Of a stretch of DNA of 64,000 nucleotides, positions 27,130-41,083 are shown piece by piece. The notes beneath the pieces were generated by a model that saw only the letters and a list, made by a program, of their open reading frames with translations, ran no database searches and had not been told where the DNA came from. How positions within the stretch are numbered: position 1 is the first letter of the stretch; each line of letters opens with the position of its first letter. The translations under genes were made by a program, and so were the position numbers. Source of the stretch: Octopus vulgaris. Lineage: Eukaryota. The stretch is taken from contig OX597815.1 of NCBI GenBank assembly GCA_951406725.2, positions 107,322,001 through 107,386,000 of the forward strand. The letters are read 5' to 3'.

Positions 27130-27535
27130 AGGTGCAGGAGTGGCTATGTGCTAAGTAGCTTGCTTACCAACCACATGGTTCCAGGTTCATTGCCACTGTG
27201 TGGCACCTTGGACAAGTGTCTTCTACTTTTGCCTCCAAAGCCTTGTGAGTGGATTTGGTAGACGGAAACTGAAAGAAGCCCGTCGTATATATGTATATAT
27301 ATATATGTATGTGTGTGTATATGTTTGTGTGTCTCTGTGTTTGTCCCCACAACATCGCTTGACAACTGATGGTGGTGTGTTTTCGTCCCTGTAACTTAGC
27401 AGTTCAGCAAAAGAGACTGATAGTATAAGTACTAGGCTTCCAAAGAATAAGTCCTGGGGTTGATTTGCTTGACTAAAGGCGGTGCTTCAGCATGGCCGCA
27501 GTCAAATGACTGAAACAAGTAAAAGAGTAAAAGAG
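27130..27535 (+). mobile_element. SINE family A, full length
   Basis: Matches 17827-18233. Confidence 0.9.
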
Positions 27536-30500
27536 GAAAGAGTAGAGAGAGCTGCAATTTAACATCTTAGCAGTTAATCATTTGGTAATATCTGTCAGAA
27601 TAAAACCCCGCTCTCCATGACAAGCTAGGTAAGTGGCACACAATAATATCATTGGCTTGGGGCTAGATTTACTTCATTTGTGGTCTTAAAACAAAGATGA
27701 GTTTAAATCTTATCACACACACATACACACACACGCTTACATGTACACATGCACATGCACGTACACACACTGTCAAGGTTGATAACACTAGCACTGATAG
27801 CAATATAATGAGATTTATTAACCTATTTACTTAATTGTAGCTTGTACTGATATTATTCTGCCAATCATAGTCTATTTGTCAGTAGTGCTATAATTTTAAT
27901 TCACTCCTATTTGTAGGGAAAGTATACATGTCACAAATGGGAGTCTCTATGAGAACACTTGATCTACTAGAAATAGCAGCTAAATCTTCATCACATCACG
28001 TTACATTAGATCAGTGGTTGTGAACCATATTTTACCTATGGACCCCTTTGATTTCTTTTTTATTTGGGTGGACCCTCATAGCTATGTGATGTTTAGAATA
28101 ATTCTATTATATTTTTAGACGTAAATATTATTAGGAATTGCATAAAAAAATAATTGTGAAGATATTTGGTGTATTAAAGAATTATAAGCAATTTATTGTG
28201 GATAAAGTTTTACAGAAAAGAAAAAAATTCTGATATGGACCTCAAAGGGTTGTAATGTAATCATATATATATAATTACATTGGATAATGAAATCATATAT
28301 ACAACAAAGGATTGTCATGACTAGAATGCTTTGTTCATAGGTCTGCTTGATCAGGCAAGACAACATCAACAATAAAAACACCAACAGCTGCAGGCATAGC
28401 TGTGTGGTTAAGAAGTTCTTTTAAGTAAAACAAGCAAAGTTGCCTTTTTGAGTTATGCCAACTCATAAGAGCCAGTTTACCTGTTTCCTTGGCATTTAAA
28501 TTCTCCACCTGGACAGGACGCTGGTCTGTTGCAGGATTACTATATTTTTGCCAGCTGAGTGGACTGGAGCAATGCGAAATGAAGTGTTTTGCTCAAGAAC
28601 ACAACATATTGCCCAGTCCAGGAAATCAAACTACTATCTTATGATTATGGGTCCAACACCCTAACCACTAAGCCATGCACCTCCACAAGAAGTTCTTTTA
28701 GCAACCACATGGCTTTGAGTTCAGTTCCACTGCATGGTGCCATAGCAAGTATCTTTTACTATAGCTCTGAACTGGCCAATGCCTTGTGAATCAATTTGGA
28801 AACTGTGTGGTTGCCTGTTGTATATATGTGTGTGTGTGTGTGTTTTGTGTCTGTATGTTTGTATATGCATATATATATGTGCATATTTTTGTGCTTGTCT
28901 CTCCCACTGTTTGACAACCGATGTTAGTTTGTTTGCAACTTCATGACCTTGTGATCTGGCAAAAGAGCCCTATAAATTAAATATCAGATAAAAATTAAGT
29001 GCTGGGGTTGACTGAGTCGAAAAAGCCCTTAAAGGTGGTGTCCCAATGACTGAAACAAGTAAAAGAATAAAAAAAATAAAACAACAAAATCAACAACTCT
29101 TGAGTATAATGCTTGATGGAAGAATATGTTTAAACGTCCAATAATAATCTGATGTTTTGAAGGTTTGTCTGGAATAAACTTAATTTGAACATCTACCTGT
29201 TTTAATTATAGCTGAGTTAAACAAAGCAGTTCCTAATGAATTGTTTATAAAGTGCAGCTTTTCTCATAAAATGGAAATCATAGACATTTATACACACATA
29301 TAAATATGCACATGGGAATACAAATGTATGTATACAAACAATCATAAAAAATATATATATATAAGTACCATGAAATATATATATATGTATATAACTATTT
29401 ATTAAATAGTATATAGTTATACAGAGCATTGCCTAATACTTGGAACATGTACTAATTTTGAGCAAATACAGTTGAAAGCTTAAACTTTGCAAATTGAAAA
29501 TATTGTTTAAATATCCTATCATTCTTTCTGGTATTCTCTTACATCCCTATTTCAGGGATGACTGTCTCCTCTTCAGGGAAGATGCACCTTCATTTTGCAG
29601 TTATCTAGAGAACTAGTAATCTAAATCAGTATACATATAGAAGTAATTTATTTGCATATAACATTAATAATTTACCTGATTTGCTTATAATATATTAGCC
29701 ACATAGTTAATTAATATATCTATGTAGAAGACACAAGGCAATTCATAATACCTGAAACATATATAATGTTGATGAATCTGCAATTATCTGTTTTTTTTTT
29801 TTCTGTGACGTGCGTATGACCATGTCAACACTCCTGCTTGGCTTTGTTTATCGTCCCCCAAGTTGAGTTGTAGTGCACCTGAGCACTGTACACAATTATT
29901 ATTATTATTATTATTATTATTATTTTAAAACTTTGGCTGTGGAGATTGCAAATGATGTACAAACACTATATTGTTTCCTATAATAAATAGAGAAGCAATC
30001 CCCTTACAATTTTGCTTCACAGCTAATTTGATTTATCTGTATGTTTCCACATATTTCATTTTATGTATATTTCTGGTAAAGTTTATAGGCAAGTTGTGAA
30101 GGAAGGAAATAAATTTTACAGTGAAGCAGTATTTTCTCATGGGCCACTAAATTAAGATAGAACAAACAGAAGGGGAAAATGAAGCACTTCCTGGGGTAAG
30201 CAATGGTTAAGGTTGGAAGGGTAAGAATAGTTATTTCTACCTTGGTCTAGAACAGCTAAGTTAAATTTTAAAAAAATTAAATTCATAGAACTGAAATATA
30301 TTGAAATATATAAAGATTACATATTTTATTCCAGTTTAGTTTGTTAGTCATCTGATATAGTTTTCATTGAATTTTACGTACACTTAACAATTTAATCCAT
30401 TTATAATAAAAGAACCAGTTTTAACCAATTTTAATTATCTCTTAATTTAGTGTTTTACAGGAAACTTTTAAAAACATCACATTTATGGCAAAATTTATAA

Positions 30501-31439
30501 AGATATGTAATTTTATTTTGATATTTTTTCATTATTGAAGTGTTGAATTTCTAAAGTTCTACTCATAGATTACATTGTACTGACAGTTTTACTAAAAGCA
30601 AACCATAGTTATATGAAAAAATTATAGTATGCATTGCTATTTTTAACACAATGTGATAGGAAATGAATTTAGATAGATAATATTTTGAATGAAAGTTAAT
30701 AGCATTTGTGTAATTTGCTTTAGAGTTGAAGACTGAGATTTTAAAATAGTGTAAATTTAATGAAAAAATGAGCAGTTATAACTGGTTGGGCTAAAGAGCT
30801 GTCAAACAAAGGGTCAACAGTTAATATCTTAACTTCAGCTTTGTAGTTTACTGTAAGGAATGCCCGAAGAAAACTAGTTAGGAATGACTTATGCATTAAA
30901 ACAAATAGTTTAGTGGTGGAGGTAAATGTTAAATAATGTAGTGAAGCAAAAGAAATCAGTGAATTAATATTATAGTTGTGGTGAGGAGAAAACAATCATT
31001 AGCATAATGATAAATGCTTGTAAAAATAGACAAGGTAAAAAATACTGTAAACAAAATTTGAATAGGGACATGCAATGAACATTGAGTCTGATCAGTGACA
31101 ACTCCAGACATGCTTCACTTTTATTAGACCTTATTAGACCTTAGCTGTGAATAATCTTTATTAGAAATTATCAGAACTTAAACAACTGAGGTATAAAAAA
31201 TCTTTGATTTAATAAACATGGATATACATAATAACTTAACAACTGGGGCATTCCCATAACTGAGCTAAGTCTACTATCCTTTAAGTCACCATACTTGTAA
31301 TAAAATATACTGTTTGTATGTTTAAATTGACTTTAAAAAAATGATGGGATTTAGTAAAATAATTAGGTTTTTACTATTAAACTAGTGTTTTAAGCTGGTG
31401 GGCTGGCAAAATCATTAGATTACGCTGTGTATCACGATT

Positions 31440-31756
31440 TTGTTCTTGGGTAGCAACTGTTATTTTCTATTTGCTTACCCCTAGAAACTATGAAAAATGG
31501 CTAATATTTCCTTCAAACTTTGTAGTTAAGGTGCAGCAACAGACAAGCAAATCTGTGGTATTGAGCAGAATATTTGCTATAATGATATTTCTGCTTCAAC
31601 AACTCAGCACTGAATCTGTTTGAAATGTAATGGAAAATACGTCTATTTCAAAACATTGATGTCCAGGTCACAAAAGCAAAGTTTTGAAAGGAATAGTGGT
31701 CATAGCCTTTGGTTTCTAGAAGCAAATAGGAAATAACACTTACTGACCAAAGACAG
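31440..31756. mobile_element. Foldback/MITE-like element with about 80-bp degenerate inverted arms
   Basis: TGTTATTTTCTATTTGCTT...CCTTCAAACTTTG versus CAAAGTTTTGAAAGG...AAGCAAATAGGAAATAACA; splits a family B SINE. Confidence 0.6.
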
Positions 31757-31885
31757 GAAAAAAAAGAAACAATTTTGCCAAAGTGTTATGGGGTAAAATA
31801 CTTAGCAATATTTTTTTCTGTTTTATTTATGTCCTGAGTCCAAATCTCACCAAGTCCTTGTTTCAGTTCTCTCGGCTAGATAAAG

Positions 31886-32345
31886 TATTGGGTTGGACAA
31901 AAAGTCTGTTTGGCTTTTTAAGTAAAAAGAAGATACAAATTTTAAAAGACAAAGCAATTTATTCAGTCAGTGATATAATTACTGTTTCATTCTTGTATCT
32001 TCTGCTAACATATCCATTATTCCCTCCTCAACGAATTTCCTGTCTTTATGGTGAAAAACTCTCTCTAGTGAACTTTTACATCGTTTACAGAGTTGAAAGT
32101 CTGTTCATTCAATGATCTGTGAAGAGACCAGAACAGGTAGAAATCTGAAGATGCAAGGTTGGGCAAATATGAAAGGGTGCAAGACTTCCCAGTCAAACCC
32201 CATTAACTCCTGCTGCATCTACAAAGAAATGCGTGGTCTGACATTGTCTTGATGAAAGACAATGTTCTTATACTTAGCTCGTGCTGGAGGCTTCTGATGG
32301 ATCACTGCATTTAATTTGTCCAGCTGGTCACTACACATATTAAAC
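31886..32345 (-). mobile_element. mariner 3' fragment
   Basis: TIR TATTGGGTTGGACAAAAAGT; minus strand IVFHQDNVRP...YLPNLASSDFYLF. Confidence 0.75.
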
Positions 32346-32779
32346 TGATGAGGCTACGTCACCACTAACTGAAACAACAGTTAGCTATTAATTAGCCATA
32401 GGTCAGTCGTGGCCAAGCAGGCTTATGTTCAAGGGCAATCCAGTCTTGCCTATCATATCTTTTATTCAAAAATAGTCCATTTAGGAATACATAATTCAAT
32501 GTAACCTCATTAAAAAAATATTAGCTGTGCTTTCAGAAAGATTTGACTACTATTTCTAGCAAACTGAGGAATCACTGAGAGGTTACACTGACACTTTGTA
32601 AGTATTTATATTAAGAGAATATAATTCTAATTCAGTTCCAATGTGTGTGAAATATTCTGAAATTCATCTTCAGTAGTATATAAGACACTTGCCTGCAGCT
32701 GAAATATTCCTAGCATATAATCTAATGTAACGGTACCTGTCAATTTAACAATCAATAAATCACCCAACCAATAAAACTG

Positions 32780-33075
<296 letters not shown>

Positions 33076-33710
33076 ATTTGTAATACACCCCCACACCCAT
33101 CCACACACACCCATGACGCCCCCTACCACAAAATGTTTGTATTTATGTATAATATAGAGTGGTGGTGGTGGTGTATAATATTCAATATCAAATATAATTA
33201 ATGCAGCGAGTTGGTAGAATCATTAGCACGCTTGGACAAAATGCTTGATAGCGTATCATCAGTCTTTACGTTCTGTGTTCAAATGTCACCGAGGTTGACT
33301 TTGCCTTTCATCTTTTCGGGGTTAATAAAATAATTATCAGTTGAGCACTAGGGTTGATGCAATTGACTTGCCCACTTCCTGAAATTGCTGGTTTCATGCC
33401 AAAATTTAAAAATTCATAATAAATATAGTTATTAAAATGTAAGAAGGAGCAGACTTATTTGTTTTGTTTGTCTGATATAATAATTGGGGGAGAATGGCAT
33501 CATTGAATACAAGTTTCCAATGGATTAATCATTACTTCACAACAATTTTGATGGGGAGAATGACAAGTGTCTGTTATTCAGAGCAAAACAAATATTACAA
33601 AGGACTTGTTTTGAGGAACAAATTTACAAACAATATTCATATGTTTCAATGACAGCCATATGTATATACATATGTCCATACATACATACATACATACATA
33701 CATACATACA

Positions 33711-33741
<31 letters not shown>

Positions 33742-33744
33742 GTA

Positions 33745-35335
33745 TGTTTAATTAGGATGAATATTGTTACATGGTTATGAAAAGGGAGAAAACTGTAAAC
33801 CAGACTAGCAATATCTCCATCAATGACTTGACTGTTTCCCCTATATCTGATGAGGGATGTTACAGGTATCTAGGGAGTCGATGAAAACATGTATTACAAT
33901 GGCACCAGTAGCAAAACATGTGTCACTAAAGAATATTACAGCCAAATAAAGAAAATTTGGACCTCAGACTCTCTGCATTCAATAAAACAGTGGCCCACAA
34001 TGTGTTTGCAGTGCCAGTACTCATACTAGAATTTGGGCTGCTTGATTGAACGATTGATGAGATCTTAGCCATTGATGTGAAAATCCCCAAAATACTAACA
34101 AGCACACATAATTTCCACATAAACAGTGATGTAGACTGCCTCTACCTAAAATGAAAACAAGGCAGAAGAGGCGTAACATCAATCCAAAATGCCTTTGAAT
34201 GTCGTATCATATCCCATTTGGTAACATCTTTTAACCATCAAGTGCCAAAGTGCATCCCTTGACCAAGTTGGCATAGATTAGGTTGATAACATCAGACTTG
34301 GAAGGCAGCTCCTTGAGCAGCATAGCTTGTCTGATAACCTTAAATACATACCCAAAGAGGTTGCACAACTCTACCGCAATGTTTCATAAGATGAAAAAAT
34401 GAGCATATATCAGCTGAAGGCTATGCATGTATAGGTTAGTGGTTTGCAACCCAGGAACAAGAAATATCAACCAAATACTTGATGCACAAAAGGGATAGAA
34501 ATGCAGGAAAAGCAGTAAAATGTGGCAAATGATGCAGACTTTGTGGAGTTAACACCAAAGATATCACTCACATCATAAGCAGTTGTCTGAAAATGTCATC
34601 ATAGTATTATCTACTAATGGGACATGATGTTGTCACTAGGACACACGATAATGAAATCCGTCAGAAGGATAATCCCATAGACAAAGAAATAGGAACCCAC
34701 AATATCGTAGATGCCATAGCCACTCATAATAAAAAGGAATACTGGTGGAATGTCCCAGCAAAAACCACCATAAAATGTAAGCACAACAGATCTGATATAA
34801 TGATTTGGGATAGAGAAGAGAAACTGTGCACAGTTGTGAAAATTAGCTGCCCAGTGGATGTTAACATAACACTCAAGATCAGTGAAAAAGAGAATACCAA
34901 CACTGAACTATTGAGAAATCTGAAGTTACTCTATCCAGATTACAAGTTCAGGTTTATGCCTGTAATTATTGGAGCCCTGGGATATGTAACACAATGCCTA
35001 AATACTAATCTAGAGAGAGAAATTAGGATTCTCAAAACTAGAAAGGAGAAAGCTTATTCAAAGACTACAGATCCAATCCATAACTGGAACTGTAAAAATC
35101 TGTAAAACTTTCCAGAAGTTTATCATTTAATTATATATGAGCAAGTCTAGATATGCCACTATATGCATATGAATGCATACATAAAGTAAAGCATACAAAT
35201 CTGCACATGTAAATAGATACATACATGCATACAAAAATACCCTGTTGATGTTGAAATTACAATGAAAGAACCCTGGATCTAGGTTAGAAACTGACTCTTT
35301 TTCTATGAGCAAGAAATCTTAAAATAAAACAACAG
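33745..35335 (+). mobile_element. 5'-truncated R4/Dong-like non-LTR retrotransposon (RT thumb, CCHC, RLE nuclease)
   Basis: CYRYLG, AFNKTVAHNVFAVPVL, SDVDCLYLK*KQGRRG, CRLCGVNTKDITHIISSC, GHD, NRSDIMIWD...ISCP...IIGALG; flanked by (TACA)n on both sides. Confidence 0.88.
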
Positions 35336-36317
35336 ACGGACATCCATCCATCCATCCATACATCCATTCATCCATACATACATACATACAAACAAACAAA
35401 CAAACATGCATGTATGCATGGAGTTTCAGAATAGCTGTCTCACACAAGTTGGATTTTCTCTATTTGGACAGGAATTTTTCAAATTTCTTTTTTGTATCAT
35501 ACACATCAAAATGATGGGGACAAGCCTTATATATCTAAAAAATTTCTGAAATTTAAGTATTTTTTTTTAAATGTTACATTCCATATCTTCATGACAGCCA
35601 TCACCATTAAAACATCTTACCTCGTCAAGTGATTATATTCCATATTCTGAATCACCCCACCTGAAATCCATGTATCTTATAGGCACCGTCCCCACTAAAA
35701 CAATAACCACAACTTAAATGATTTCTTTTTCATTATTTTTAATCATTTTATTATGTTCCAACATTTGGAGTTCACATTTTAAACAATACAAAACAAAAAT
35801 TCTTTTCTCCCTTTCATCATAAATTTCTCGCACACAATATCATGACATGGAAACATGAACACACACTCACTCATACACACATACATATAAATAACAGCAG
35901 CAGCAACAACAACAACAACAATAGTAATAATCACTTAAAATCCTGGAGAAGTAATAGACAAATAAAATTTAATTCTGTATGTTTACAGCTGTTTCATAAT
36001 TCAGTTTCATTTGTATCATTGACCCTGATTTGAAGGGATATACACATTGTACACACTTTACATACCCCTTGTATACATATATGCACATTTTTATAGTGGC
36101 TGCTTATGTTTACAAAATAGCTTTTTAAAATTCCAATTTGTCTCTCTAGTATAAAATGAATTGATTTGACCTTTTGCATTAGAGATAAATCTGGAATACA
36201 CTCTGAAGAGTAATTCTAGTTGTTACACTGTTATGTACATATACAGTTGTATGTGTGCACTCATATATATATAGTCAACTGGCTTCTTTCAGTTTCCATC
36301 TACTAAATGAGTCAGGT

Positions 36318-36870
36318 CAGAATATTTAAGTTTCCAAAAGCACTTGTAGCCCTAGTCATTTGTGGGATGAATAAAATGGTGTCAGTTGGAAAACTAAGAT
36401 AGGTGTATCTTATAAAAATCTTGAATTTTGAGCACACTTCTACCCCATATTTTTGCATGGGGCAGAAGCATGGACTTCCTATGACAGACATATAAAGAAA
36501 CATGAAACCTTTCACATGTGCTGTCTGTGCAATATCTGCAACATAAAATGTCAAGATAAGGTATCAATGTCAAAATTTAAGAAAAATGTGATGTCTCCAC
36601 TGAAAACATGCTATTGAGAATTCAATGCAGATAGGCAGCACATGTTGTTCAAATGCAAAAACTCTTCTATAAGGCCAACAAGTAGAGAGATACCATGGTA
36701 AAGGAAAACCCCTGCAAGGGTATAAGGATAAGTTGAGGCAATCACAAAAATAAGCTTGATGTAACATCTTAAGAAAGTTGTTGTCTAAATGGATCTGATT
36801 AGTGTAGAATGTGTGGTGATGCATCTAAACAATTTGAGTTGAAGAAACAGAACAATGAAAGAACTTTATT
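36318..36870 (+). mobile_element. Old RTE/BovB-like LINE ORF2 C-terminal remnant
   Basis: GAEAWTSYDRHIKKHETFHMCCLCNICNIKCQDKVS...AAHVVQM...GKPLQGYKDKL, read across frameshifts. Confidence 0.75.
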
Positions 36871-37014
36871 CTTAACAGATACATTTGCCCAGTCCCAGGT
36901 AAAATCAAAATCATCATTGTCCCCATTGTGACTTCATAGCAAAATCCAAACCTGGACTCAAATTATATTAATGCATCCAATAAAAATAAATGCAGCTTCT
37001 TTTTAAATCAAGCA

Positions 37015-37564
37015 AAAATGCTAGTTCGAAAATCTCTCTAAGAGATCAATGCAGTAGTTGTACTGACAAGTAATATTTGTAGCCACTTTAACATGGCTGT
37101 TCATTCAAACGGACTCTACTGTGATTTTATTAACCCCAAGAGGACATCTCTAGCTGGTTAACGAATCACAGCTGCATCTGATAATATTGCGAGCAGGGGA
37201 GCAAACCCTTACTCTCTCCTAGTGTTGGGACCAGTAGACCAGTCCTAGTTTCAGGCTATTTCTGCCACTCCTCGGTACTCGACACCTCAAATCCTAGAGA
37301 TGATAGCAGTTTGCTTCTGCATACAATATATATATATATATATATTTCAAGTGAACACACGGTCACTGATTTTGCAACAAATAAAAATGCTAGCTCTAAG
37401 ATCTCTCTCAGAGATCAACACAGTAGTTGTACTGACAAGTAATATTTGCAGCCACTTTAACATGGCTGTCTATTCAAGCAGATTCTACTGCAATTTCTTA
37501 ACCCCAAGAGGATATCTCCTTTAGTTGGTTAATGATGTACAGCTGCATCCAATAAAATTGTGAG
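37015..37564 (-). repeat. Two diverged direct repeats of about 180 bp (37015-37193, 37383-37564) around a hammerhead and (TA)n
   Basis: Both copies contain AAAAATGCTAG...CAGTAGTTGTACTGACAAGTAATATTTG...TAACCCCAAGAGGA...CAGCTGCATC. Confidence 0.85.
37222..37285 (-). ncRNA. Type I hammerhead motif with bulged, extended stem I (U4C core)
   Basis: Minus: GTGTCG AGTA CCGAGGA GTGGC AGAAATA GCCT GAAA CTAG GA CTG GTC TACT GGTCC CAACAC; GUC site. Confidence 0.65.
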
Positions 37565-37850
37565 AATTTCATCATATTTTCCTTCTTTTTCTTTTCTTTT
37601 CTTTTTTCTCTTTTTTCTTTCATTTTCTTTTGTAAACTTGAAAATTGAAGACTGATGATGCCATTCCATCAACATAGGGATGCTGGTTGCCCTTGTTCAT
37701 ATTTTGGATTTGAATTTCTATGTATCACTTTTCATCTTGAACTTGACAGAGACAGGTTAGTTGTCAAAATATTGTTCAAATTAATAAAATATCTACTGCA
37801 ATTGCATCGCACTCTTTGTACTGTCTATTATTATTATTATTATTATTATT

Positions 37851-38400
37851 GAGTGAGAGAGCAGTGTATGCCATCAAAGTAACAATGGGGTAAAATATGC
37901 GAAGCCCAGTATACCCATCATGACTACCCGTCTGATAAGGGTACACTAGGCACATGCATCACAACCATGTGTGTGTGACATGGTGATCTCATATTAAGAT
38001 AAACAGCACATGACCTTGCAGGTGGGGCCCAGTTAAAATTTTCTTCTGATCAAGTAGCCCATCCCACTCAAGAGGTCCCTGAATAAGGGTTGTTTAAGGA
38101 TGTTGAACAAAACACCCATGTTTCCATAGGTGAATTATTCAAACCCCAAAGAATCCCTCTCAACACATGGCTATGATGCTCCCCCACTACTTCTGCTTGT
38201 GATCAGAGATGCACATATCGTCAGCCACTAAGAGACATGCTCAACTGGTTAAGGTCAAACAACTGACAAGCAAATCTGTGGTATTGAGCAGAATATTTGC
38301 TGTAGCCCATATTTTCAAGACAAAACAATGTACAGGATAAAACTTCCAATCAGTTAAGATCAGAAGCCACAAGAGCCACTGCCTGGTACTGCATCAGGGC

Positions 38401-38403
<3 letters not shown>
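37851..38403 (-). mobile_element. About 550-bp non-coding element inserted in (ATT)n
   Basis: GC-richer unique block bounded on both sides by (ATT)n, with no ORF. Orientation is tentative, assuming an (AAT)n tail. Confidence 0.6.
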
Positions 38404-38434
<31 letters not shown>

Positions 38435-39303
38435 TATGGTGGCGAGCTGGTAGAAGCATGAGCTTGCCGGGCAAAGTGCTTAGCGGAATTTTGTCTGTCC
38501 TTCCATTCCGAGTTCAAATTCCACTGAGATCAACTTTGCTTTTCATTCTTTCTGGGTCAATAAAATGAGTATCAGTTGAGCACTGGAGTCAATGTAATCA
38601 ACTTAGCACCTCCCCTGAAATTACTGGCTATGTGCCAAAATTTGAAACCATTATCATTATCATCCTAATATATATATTAAGTTCAAATTTGGCTGTGGTT
38701 GACTTTGCTTTTGGAGTTGATAAAATAAGTACCAGTCAAGCACTGAAGTTGATGTAATGGACTATCCCCCACCATCAAAATTTCAGGCCTTGTGCTTATA
38801 GTAGAGATTATTATTATCATTATTGTTATTGTTATTATTATTATTATTATTATTAAAAAAATGGCACGTAAAATACACCAATCCGACCGTACGACAGGCA
38901 TCCATGCCAACCCCCTTTGCTTGCGAAGACATGTTGGGGCAAGCAAAATCGAAATCGAATTGAACCAGCCAGGATCCTTGGTCTGGTGGTACGTAAAAAG
39001 CACTATCCGACTCGTGGCCAATGCCAGCACCGCCTCAACTGGCTTCCGTGCCGGTGGCACATAAAATACACCAATCCAACCGTGGCCGTTGCCAGCCTCG
39101 CCTGGTCTTGTGCAGGTGGCACGTAAAAAGCACCCGCTACACTCACGGAGTGGTTGGCGTTAGGAAGGGCATCCAGCTGTAGAAACATTGCCAGATAAGA
39201 CTGGAGCCTGATACAGCCTTCTGGCTTCCCAGATCCCCGGTCAAACCATCCAACCCATGCTAGCATGGAAAACGGACGTTAAACGATGATGATGATGATG
39301 ATG

Positions 39304-39341
<38 letters not shown>

Positions 39342-39819
39342 GGTGGCAAGCTGGCAGAATTGTTAACATGCTAGACGAAACACTTAGTGACACTTTGCTC
39401 ATCACTATGTTCTAAGTTCAAATTCCACTGATGTTAACTTTGCCTTTTGTCCCTTCAGAGTCTATAAATTAAGTACCAGTTAAAAACTGGGATCAATGTA
39501 ACTGGCTAGTCCTCTCCCCAAAAATTTCAGGCTTTGTGCCCTTAGTAGAAGGGATTATTAGTATTACTATTATTATTATCATTATTATTATTATTATTCT
39601 TAAGGCAGTGAGCTGGCAGAATTGTTAGCACACCGGGTGAAATGCTCACTAGTATTTCTCCTCTTGCTATGTTCTGAGTTCGAATTCCACCGGAGTCAAC
39701 TTTGCTTTTCATCCTTTTGGGGTCAATAAATTAAGTATCAGTTGTGTACTGGGGTCGATGTAATTGACTCAACCTCTCCCCCAAAATTTCAGGCCTGTGC
39801 CTATTGTAGAAAAGATTAC

Positions 39820-39859
<40 letters not shown>

Positions 39860-39860
39860 T
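38435..39860 (+). mobile_element. Head-to-tail cluster of four family B SINEs and one RTE 3' end in (ATT)n
   Basis: B copies at about 38435, 38680, 39340 and 39601; family C at 38860-39303; each separated by ATT tracts. Confidence 0.85.
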
Positions 39861-40801
39861 TCTAATTACTATTATATATATTATTAGAAACCAATATATT
39901 ATTTTATATTACATCTTTGACGTGACCAAAGATACTCTGTTTCCGTCTATCCTAAAAAAAAAATGTATTTTTAATACAAATAGAGGAAGATCTTTGAAAG
40001 AGAGCACAATAAAGAAAATCTTAATCTTCTATCAGCAGCCACATATTTATTACGGACACCTTATTTTATTATTTATAAAAATCTTTGCTTTTAATCAAAC
40101 AATTCTTTTCGTGAATAGCTTTTAATATAAAAAAAACAAAAAAACTGACAGAACAAAAAAAAAAAACAAACCAAAATATATGCATAGCTGAATATGAAAT
40201 CAAGTAGAATGTTACAGTATTTGTGTCTGAATTTAGAATCTCTGCAACAATGACTGATGTCAATTCTGAAATGGCAGTCTGCTTTCTGAAAACTTGCAAT
40301 ATCATTGGAGAAAAGATGTGAAGATAGCCAGAGCAAAACATGTTGAATCTCAACTCATTTCCTCTATTTCATTTCCTTTATTTCATTTCCAATTTTTTTT
40401 GTCTATGTTGTGAGTAGGCATAATGCAGATGAATTTTGTTTCTTCAGCAATAACTAGAACTCGTTTACCTGTGTGGTCAAGAATTTTGCTTTCCAAACAA
40501 ATGGTTTCAGGTTCAGTCCCACTGCATCTTGGGCAGATGTCTTTCACTATAGTCCTAGTAGCCCTGGGCCAACCAAAGCCTTCTGAGTGGTTTTGGTTGA
40601 TGAAAACTGAAAGAAGCCATTCGTGTCCTGTACTCACGTATATATATTTATATGTGCATGTATATATACATGTAGATGTAGGTACATACATATATGTATG
40701 TATGCATATATTTTATTTATTACACTATTGTATGACTGAGTGCCCTCACATCGATTCGATTTGTTTCGTTTCGTTTCTTCTTCTCTAAGCAAGTTTTTAC
40801 G

Positions 40802-40830
<29 letters not shown>

Positions 40831-40833
<3 letters not shown>

Positions 40834-41050
40834 CTGACTGGCCCTCACGCTGGTGGTACATAAAAGCACCCACTACACTCTCAGAGTGGTTGGCGTTAAG
40901 AAGGGCATCCAGCTGTAGAAACTCTGCCAGATCAGATTGGAGCTTGGTGCAGGCATGTGGATCACCAGTTCCCAGTCAAACTGTCCAACCCATGTCAGCA
41001 TGGAAAGCGGACGTTAAACGATGATGATGATGATGATGAGGATGATATAT

Positions 41051-41083
<33 letters not shown>

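Noticed and set aside
29535-29582. Minus-strand CTGAAGA...GAAA...GTA hammerhead-like string
   Set aside because: Stem I does not pair next to the core, and GAAA sits in the loop of a competing 7-bp hairpin.
32345-32386. CTGATGA-GGCTA...TAACT-GAAA-CAACAG-TT
   Set aside because: Core and partial stem II are present but there is no stem I partner; at most a truncated relic.
33847-33895. CTGATGA...GAAA near the LINE 5' end
   Set aside because: It lies in RT coding sequence (SDEGCYRYLG) and has no stems.
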